DNA of 33,423 nucleotides from Eubacteriales bacterium (GTDB lineage Bacteria; Bacillota; Clostridia; Oscillospirales; CAG-382): NCBI GenBank assembly GCA_045636665.1, contig JAZTXY010000085.1, positions 1 to 33,423 of the forward strand, read 5' to 3'. Shown piece by piece: positions 27,617 to 33,423 of this stretch (position 1 is its first letter; each line of letters starts with the position of its first letter). The notes under the pieces were generated by a model. It saw only the letters and a program-made list of their open reading frames with translations, ran no database searches and was not told where the DNA came from. The position numbers and the translations under genes were made by a program.

Positions 27617-28048
27617 ATGTATATCAAACAGCTTTCCGTTTTCGTTGAAAATAAAGACGGCAGACTTGCCGAAATTACTACAATAATTGCAAATGCGGGC
27701 ATCGATATCCGCGCGCTTTCGATCGCTGATACAACCGATTTCGGTATTCTTCGACTCGTTGTGGATAAGCCCTATGAAGCAGAAAAGATATTGAAGAACG
27801 CCGGACTTACCGTTTCGCTTACCGACGTTATCGCCATCGGTATCCCCGACAGACCGGGCGGATTTGCCGAAACCATCACCGCAGTTGCAAATCAAGCCGT
27901 TGCGGTTGAATATATGTATGCTTTCATCTCGCGTGAGCAGGACCGCGCTTATCTCATTATGCGCGTTGCCGATAACGAAACCGCAATCGCCGCACTCAAG
28001 GCGCAGGGCTGCGACCTTTTGGACGGAGAAAGCGTTTACCAGTTATAA
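27617..28048 (+). CDS. Tandem ACT-domain protein
   Basis: QLSVFVENK.GRL, IRALSIADT.DFGILR and DRPGG...VEYMYAF; this type usually neighbours paaK. Confidence 0.9.
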   Translation: MYIKQLSVFVENKDGRLAEITTIIANAGIDIRALSIADTTDFGILRLVVDKPYEAEKILKNAGLTVSLTDVIAIGIPDRPGGFAETITAVANQAVAVEYMYAFISREQDRAYLIMRVADNETAIAALKAQGCDLLDGESVYQL

Positions 28049-28263
28049 GATAGGGCTGTCGTTTTTGGGCTAAACCGAAAATATGCGACTGTGTCGGATG
28101 TTTTCTATCGCGCTTGGCAAGGCGGGCAGTAGGTTTCTACAGCACGCGCCTTGCAAAGACACGATTTTAGCCTCAAAACCGTTCGCCCTCAACAAATCAA
28201 AATTCAACGCTGTCGCTTTCGGCAAAACCGAAAACGGCAGCTTGTTTCTATGAGGAAATAAAA

Positions 28264-29088
28264 ATGAAGCACACAGAATGGATGACTGCGATATCGACCA
28301 ATCGCACCGATTATGAATTTTTAAAGGAAATAAAGGGCTATTCCATCGACGGAATCGAGCTTTCGGTAAGCGAATGGGACGTGCATAAGATAGATTGGTC
28401 GGGACTTTACGAAAATGCAAAAAAGGCGGGAATCACGCTTTGGTCCTATCATCTTCCCTTTGGTGACAGAAGCGATATTTCGTGCATAGATGAGGTTGCG
28501 CGTCAAAACGCCGTCGAATGGCAAAAGGAATTGATTAAAAAAGCAACGGATATCGGCATAAAACGCTTTGTAATACATCCGTCTTACGAGCCGATTGCCG
28601 ATGACGAGAGGGAAGCGAGGATGAATTTCGCAAAGGAATCACTGCGTATACTTGCCGAATATGCCGACACCTTGGGCGCGGTAATCTGCGTCGAGGACCT
28701 TCCGCGAAGCTGTCTTGGTCATAACGTTACGGAAATGCTTTGCCTCGTCGGCGCGGACAGCCGTTTGCGAGTCTGCTTCGACGTAAACCATCTCCTTGCC
28801 GTTTACGGCTGTACCCATGCGGACTTTGTTAACGCTCTTGGCGACAAAATCGTTACCTGCCACATGAGCGATTACGATTTTGACGACGAAAAGCACTTTT
28901 TCTGCGGTAACGGACAAATAAATTGGGATGAGCTTATCGGTCTTCTCGAGAGCGTAGGCTATGACGGGCCGTTCCTTTACGAGGGCGGATTTAAACCGCA
29001 CCGAGTTTTTAAGGACGTACCCTTTGGCACTCTCGACCAAGCGCGTGAAAGACAGTTGAATATAAGAAGCTTTAAGGGCAAACAATAA
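28264..29088 (+). CDS. Sugar-phosphate isomerase/epimerase family (xylose-isomerase-like TIM barrel)
   Basis: IELS, SYHLPF, VIHP, VED, CFDVNH, HMSD..H...G.G.I.W and Y.G...YE metal-ligand pattern. Confidence 0.85.
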   Translation: MKHTEWMTAISTNRTDYEFLKEIKGYSIDGIELSVSEWDVHKIDWSGLYENAKKAGITLWSYHLPFGDRSDISCIDEVARQNAVEWQKELIKKATDIGIKRFVIHPSYEPIADDEREARMNFAKESLRILAEYADTLGAVICVEDLPRSCLGHNVTEMLCLVGADSRLRVCFDVNHLLAVYGCTHADFVNALGDKIVTCHMSDYDFDDEKHFFCGNGQINWDELIGLLESVGYDGPFLYEGGFKPHRVFKDVPFGTLDQARERQLNIRSFKGKQ

Positions 29089-29236
29089 TAACAACCCTTC
29101 CGCCGCGGGAGCTTAAGCATTCCTAAGAATGAACCTACCTGCACAGAACCCAAAAGGCACAAGTCAAAATCAACCCTCCGTCGCGGGAACTTAAGGTTAT
29201 CTAAATAAAAAACCTCCGTGCGCGGACTAAAAAACA

Positions 29237-29264
29237 TTGACAAATGGGAAAAAAGTGGTATACT
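29237..29264 (+). promoter_or_regulatory. sigma-A promoter for T-box-thrS
   Basis: TTGACA, 16 bp, TATACT preceded by TGg. Confidence 0.8.
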
Positions 29265-29274
29265 GATAAAAGAA

Positions 29275-29480
29275 AAGTGATGATAGCAGAACAAGTTTGG
29301 CTTTTACGTCTTACCAGAGAATTAACGCCGAGGGCTGAAAGCGTTATAAGAAACGGGTTGCCGAATACCGCCTGCTTAGCTTAAAAAATGAAATAAAAAG
29401 TTAAAAGTACGGGTGGAACCGTGCGATACGATTGTATTTGCACCCCGACAGTTTTTATGCTGTCGGGGTATTTTTATTTT
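29275..29480 (+). ncRNA. T-box riboswitch with a Thr specifier
   Basis: AGAGA (29316), GGCTGAAA (29333), specifier ACC (29367-29369), T-box GGGTGGAACCG (29411), terminator ACCCCGACAG/CTGTCGGGGT plus T-tract. Confidence 0.93.
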
Positions 29481-29509
29481 TGTAAATAATATCGAAAGGA
29501 AATATAAAA

Positions 29510-31441
29510 ATGAAGCTTATCATCAACGGAAACGAATTTAACGTAAACGAAGCAGTTACCGTTTACGATGCCGCAAAGGAAGCCGAGCTTATCAGCCGCG
29601 CGGTCATCGCCGCAAAGGTAAACGGAACGGTTTGCGCGCTTAACACCGCAATTAAAGAAGGCGACGAAATCGCGCTTCTCACCTTTGCCGAAGCAGAGGG
29701 CAAGCAGGTGTTCCGCCACACCGCGGCGCATATTCTCGCACAGGCGGTAAAGCGCCTCTATCCCGAAACCAAGCTTACCATCGGCCCTGCGGTTGAAAAC
29801 GGTTTTTATTACGATTTCGACAGCGAAAATCCCTTCACTCCCGAGGTTTTGAAAAAGCTTGAGGACGAAATGAAGAAAATCGTTAAGGAAAACCTCCTTA
29901 TCGAACGCTTCGAGCTTCCCCGTGCGGAAGCAATCGCGCTTATGGAAGAAAAGGCAGAGCCTTATAAGGTTCAGCTTATCAACGAGCTTCCCGAGGATGC
30001 GGTTATCTCCTTCTACCGCCAAGGCGAATTTGTCGACCTTTGCGCAGGCCCCCACCTTTTCTCGACCGGCGCAGTAAAGGCAATCAAGCTTATGCAATGC
30101 ACCGGCGCATATTGGAAGGGCGACCAAAACAACAAACAGCTTCAACGTGTCTATGGCGCGGCATTCCCCACCAAGGACGAATTGAACGAATATATCACCC
30201 AGCTTGAAGAAGCACGCAAGCGCGACCATAACAAGATCGGCCGTGAGCTTGAATATTTCACCACCGTTGACGTTATCGGTCAGGGTCTTCCCATCCTTAT
30301 GCCCAAGGGCTCGCGTGTTATTCAGCTTATGCAGCGCTGGATCGAGGATGAAGAGCAAAAGCGCGGCTATCTTCTTACCAAAACTCCGCTTATGGCAAAG
30401 CGTGAGCTTTTCAAAATTTCGGGACACTGGGACCACTACCGCGACGGTATGTTCATTATGGGCGACCCCGATGACGAAACCAAGGAATGCTTTGCGCTCC
30501 GTCCTATGACCTGCCCGTTCCAATATCAGGTATTCCTCAACAAGCGCCGTTCCTACCGCGACCTTCCCATGCGCTTGGGCGAAACGAGCACCCTTTTCCG
30601 TAACGAGGACAGCGGCGAAATGCACGGTCTTATCCGTGTCCGTCAGTTCACCATTTCCGAAGGTCACCTTGTTCTCCGTCCCGACCAGTTAGAGGAAGAA
30701 TTCAAGGGCTGTGTTGAGCTTGCGCGCTATTGCCTTGAAACCTTGGGACTTTGGGAGGACTGCACCTTCCGGTTCTCGCAATGGGATCCCATCCGCACCG
30801 ATAAATACGAGGGCACTCCCGGGCAATGGAACGAAGCTCAGGACATTATGGGCAGATTGCTCGATAAGCTCGGCATAAATTACGAAATCGGTATCGACGA
30901 AGCGGCGTTCTACGGACCCAAGCTCGACATTCAGTGCAAGAACGTATTCGGCAAGGAGGATACCATCGTTACCATCCAAATCGATATGCTTCTCGCAAAG
31001 AAGTTCGGTATGGAATACGTTGACTCCGAAAACAAGCTCGTCAACCCCTATATCATCCACCGCACAAGTATGGGCTGTTACGAAAGAACGCTTGCGCTCC
31101 TGCTCGAAAAATATGCAGGCGCACTCCCGATGTGGCTCTCGCCCACTCAGGCAACCGTTATCCCCGTTAATGCCGATATGAATTCTTACGCGGCGGAAAT
31201 TACGGCAAAAATGGAAGCGTGCGGCATCCGTGTCCGTCTTGACGACCGTAACGAAACAATGGGCAAGCGCATCCGCGAAGCGCAAATCGAAAAGATTCCT
31301 TATATGCTCATCGTAGGCGGCAAGGAGCAGGAAACCAATTCGGTATCCGTTCGTACCCGTAAGGGCGAAGACCTCGGCGCAATGCCCGTTGACGAAATGC
31401 TTGCGAAATTCACCCTCGAAATCGCAACCAAGGCGAAATAA
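29510..31441 (+). CDS. thrS: Threonine--tRNA ligase
   Basis: TGS domain, HTAAHILAQAV, DLCAGPH, RDHNKIG, LRPMTCP, FRNEDSG, AAFYGPKLD and IIHR motifs. Confidence 0.97.
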   Translation: MKLIINGNEFNVNEAVTVYDAAKEAELISRAVIAAKVNGTVCALNTAIKEGDEIALLTFAEAEGKQVFRHTAAHILAQAVKRLYPETKLTIGPAVENGFYYDFDSENPFTPEVLKKLEDEMKKIVKENLLIERFELPRAEAIALMEEKAEPYKVQLINELPEDAVISFYRQGEFVDLCAGPHLFSTGAVKAIKLMQCTGAYWKGDQNNKQLQRVYGAAFPTKDELNEYITQLEEARKRDHNKIGRELEYFTTVDVIGQGLPILMPKGSRVIQLMQRWIEDEEQKRGYLLTKTPLMAKRELFKISGHWDHYRDGMFIMGDPDDETKECFALRPMTCPFQYQVFLNKRRSYRDLPMRLGETSTLFRNEDSGEMHGLIRVRQFTISEGHLVLRPDQLEEEFKGCVELARYCLETLGLWEDCTFRFSQWDPIRTDKYEGTPGQWNEAQDIMGRLLDKLGINYEIGIDEAAFYGPKLDIQCKNVFGKEDTIVTIQIDMLLAKKFGMEYVDSENKLVNPYIIHRTSMGCYERTLALLLEKYAGALPMWLSPTQATVIPVNADMNSYAAEITAKMEACGIRVRLDDRNETMGKRIREAQIEKIPYMLIVGGKEQETNSVSVRTRKGEDLGAMPVDEMLAKFTLEIATKAK

Positions 31442-31460
31442 GTTCAGACAATGCGTTAGT

Positions 31461-31513
31461 TCCCAAGAACCCTTTTTGAAAAAAGTGTTCTTGACTCCCA
31501 AAAACCTTCAATA
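31461..31513. repeat. Palindromic REP-like element, family B copy 2
   Basis: CAAGAACCCTTTTT-ga-AAAAAGTGTTCTTG plus tail ACTCCCAAAAACCTTCAATA. Confidence 0.7.
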
Positions 31514-31514
31514 C

Positions 31515-31545
31515 AAAAAGGACTGCCGATTCGGAAGTCCTTTAA
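31515..31545. terminator. Probable bidirectional terminator between thrS and the convergent gene
   Basis: AAAGGACT.CCG-att-CGG.AGTCCTTT. Confidence 0.65.
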
Positions 31546-31562
31546 ATTTTAGGGAAGTGTTA

Positions 31563-33422
31563 TTATTTTGCGGAAAAGCTTAGATATGTAGAGCCTAAAT
31601 AGAAGCCGTCGCCGCTTCCGCCGATGTTGTTTGCCGCAGACCATTTAAAAACAAGGGTACATCTTTCGTCTAAATCCGAAAGATTTAATGTGGCGCTTTT
31701 GGTAGCGCTTGCCCAGTCGTTTCCGAAAATCGAGGTATTATAGAACGTACCCCAATCGATATACGCAAGCCTTTTTCCGTTGGCATATATTTCGAGAATG
31801 GGTTGATTATATACTATCCACGCATTTTCTTTTGCATCAACGGATATGGTAACATCCAAGGTCTTAAATCCGGATTGGATCAGAGTATCTCTGTCAAATT
31901 CGGGGTATGCATTATCGGTATGCGAATGACCTTTGATAAGCTCAATAGATCTGCCAACATAGTTTACCGTAGTATAAGATTTAACCCAAACGGCATAAAG
32001 CATTACTGTACTGTTCGGCGTTACGTCGGTAACGGCTTGTCCGAGCTTGTACATAGGCGTTGTTGCTTTAGCGTCGGTGCTCCAACCGATAAGGGTATGG
32101 TTCGCTTTGGTGTATCCGCCGCTTGAAAGCGGGCTTACGGTATCATAGGTGTGAGTCGTGTTGTTAACAACTCCGTCGCCGCCGTTTGCATTGTAAACAA
32201 CGGTGTAGGTTTGCGCCTTCCATTTTGCAAACAGGGTGGCAGTTTCGTTTGCCGCCGAAGCAAGGTTTGCTTTTTCTACGGTTTCGTTTCCTTTGCCGAC
32301 CTTGTTCGTACAAGCGGCATCGAGATACCAGCCGTCAAACGTCCAGCCGATAAGAGAGGGCGCTTGTCCGAGCGTAACGCTTGTGTCGTAAATTGCATCG
32401 ATGCTTGTCGGCATATTTGTGACAGCGTTGCTTGCGTTGCTCGGTTTGTTTGCTTCATACTTAACGGTGTATTTGTTTGCGTTCCATTGAGCGTTCATTA
32501 CCAACATTTGACCTGCGCCCGCCAAGTTCTTTACGGTTTGACCTTCATTGTAATCGGTGCCGGTTGTATCGGACCACTTATCAAAGGTATATCCCGTATA
32601 AGCAAAAGGATTGCTTGCCAATTTAACGTCGGTATCTCTGGGGTATATTTTCACAACGCTCTCGGCAGTACCGTTGTTTGCAAAATACTGAACGAAGAAG
32701 TTGCCGTTGACCTCGTTGTTGATTCCGTCGATATATACGTCATAGGAAAGTGCGTCGGAAACATATTCGCGTCCGTCCTTCTTGTCGCTCAAAACAGCGG
32801 TAGAGGTATCTTCATCCAAAACGCTGAAGGTTTCCAAGCCGAAGGTGTTTGTAACGGGGTCGAACACAACGAATGCATAAACCTTAACCGTGCCGACGTT
32901 TGCGTAATAATAGTTACCGGGCGCTACGTCGTGAGTAAAGGATATGTTGCGGTCCTTCGATTGGCTGATTGCCTTGTTATATGCAAAATTGGTTTCTATC
33001 GTGTTGGAGTTTTCGTCGCTTTCTTCGCCGCTTCCGCCCTCGGTAATGCTGCCGCCGACGCTTGCGCTTATCTCGCACGAAACGCCGATGGAGGCTTCTA
33101 CCTTAGTTTTTGCAAATTCGGGGCCGATTTCCGCACCAACCATTACCGAAACCTCAACTCCTGCAGAGGAGGATTGCTCCCAATCGTTTGTCATTTCCCA
33201 ATTGGTGCTGTTTGTAACGGTATGCGAAACGGTTTCGCTAACGCTCTTTCCGACAGATTCTTCAACCGATACGGTTTCCGCAAGTGTGAGCGAGCCTGCA
33301 ATATGTCCGCCGCTGTGCTTGGTCTTTACAAGAGTGCTTTCGGGATCCAAAACAACGTTTCGGATTTCGCCCAAGCTGTATACGAACCAATAGCATTTTT
33401 CGGCTTCGTCATATCCGCTGCT
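31563..33422 (-). CDS. Extracellular protein with a Ser/Thr-rich beta-hairpin region and three InlB B-repeats (5'-truncated by the window edge)
   Basis: The frame is open to the window end (SSGYDEAEKCYWFVYSLGEIRNV...). Three Y.V.Y.AN...G(Y/W/H)T(F/L)..W...A.W repeats. Confidence 0.8.
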   Translation of the reverse strand, partial: SSGYDEAEKCYWFVYSLGEIRNVVLDPESTLVKTKHSGGHIAGSLTLAETVSVEESVGKSVSETVSHTVTNSTNWEMTNDWEQSSSAGVEVSVMVGAEIGPEFAKTKVEASIGVSCEISASVGGSITEGGSGEESDENSNTIETNFAYNKAISQSKDRNISFTHDVAPGNYYYANVGTVKVYAFVVFDPVTNTFGLETFSVLDEDTSTAVLSDKKDGREYVSDALSYDVYIDGINNEVNGNFFVQYFANNGTAESVVKIYPRDTDVKLASNPFAYTGYTFDKWSDTTGTDYNEGQTVKNLAGAGQMLVMNAQWNANKYTVKYEANKPSNASNAVTNMPTSIDAIYDTSVTLGQAPSLIGWTFDGWYLDAACTNKVGKGNETVEKANLASAANETATLFAKWKAQTYTVVYNANGGDGVVNNTTHTYDTVSPLSSGGYTKANHTLIGWSTDAKATTPMYKLGQAVTDVTPNSTVMLYAVWVKSYTTVNYVGRSIELIKGHSHTDNAYPEFDRDTLIQSGFKTLDVTISVDAKENAWIVYNQPILEIYANGKRLAYIDWGTFYNTSIFGNDWASATKSATLNLSDLDERCTLVFKWSAANNIGGSGDGFYLGSTYLSFSAK

Positions 33423-33423
33423 T

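Noticed and set aside
28125..28145. GTTTCTAC resembling a purine riboswitch junction
   Set aside because: It lacks the other conserved elements (TATA..., ATATGG, CCGTAAA, GACTA) and is simply a hairpin tip.
29091..29245. Possible mini CRISPR array
   Set aside because: The repeats are too divergent, the intervening segments resemble each other instead of being unique spacers, and no cas genes are present.
364..33393. Many long antisense or alternate-frame ORFs (e.g. 364-1398, 14845-15762, 18695-19663, 24696-25628, 29474-30667, 32944-33393)
   Set aside because: They are shadows of well-supported genes on the opposite strand or frame, with no recognisable motifs.

Overview
Chromosomal segment from a Clostridia-like (Bacillota) anaerobe; taxonomy is inferred from gene content, sigma-A promoters and a T-box. 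In order it holds: the end of a GldG/DUF4340-type ABC auxiliary operon with a lipoprotein; TPP riboswitch-thiT; a YugP-like Zn peptidase; rplS-lepB-rbgA-rnhB-yraN-thrC; a DUF1540-like protein; a metallophosphoesterase; an AT-richer cassette (trypsin-like protease with an in-frame stop at codon 4, plus an Ig-like lipoprotein); mtaD-ahcY-deoD divergent from nfnAB; nrdR; an aryl-acid module (SSS symporter, paaK, iorAB, second paaK, ACT protein); a TIM-barrel isomerase; T-box-thrS; and a truncated InlB-B-repeat protein with a beta-pore-former-like Ser/Thr-rich hairpin region. No rRNA, tRNA, CRISPR array or transposase was seen. The most unusual non-coding features are a duplicated and partly inverted promoter flanking a structured GC-rich element between mtaD and nfnA, and two families of palindromic intergenic repeats. 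All family calls come from motif recognition, not database searches.
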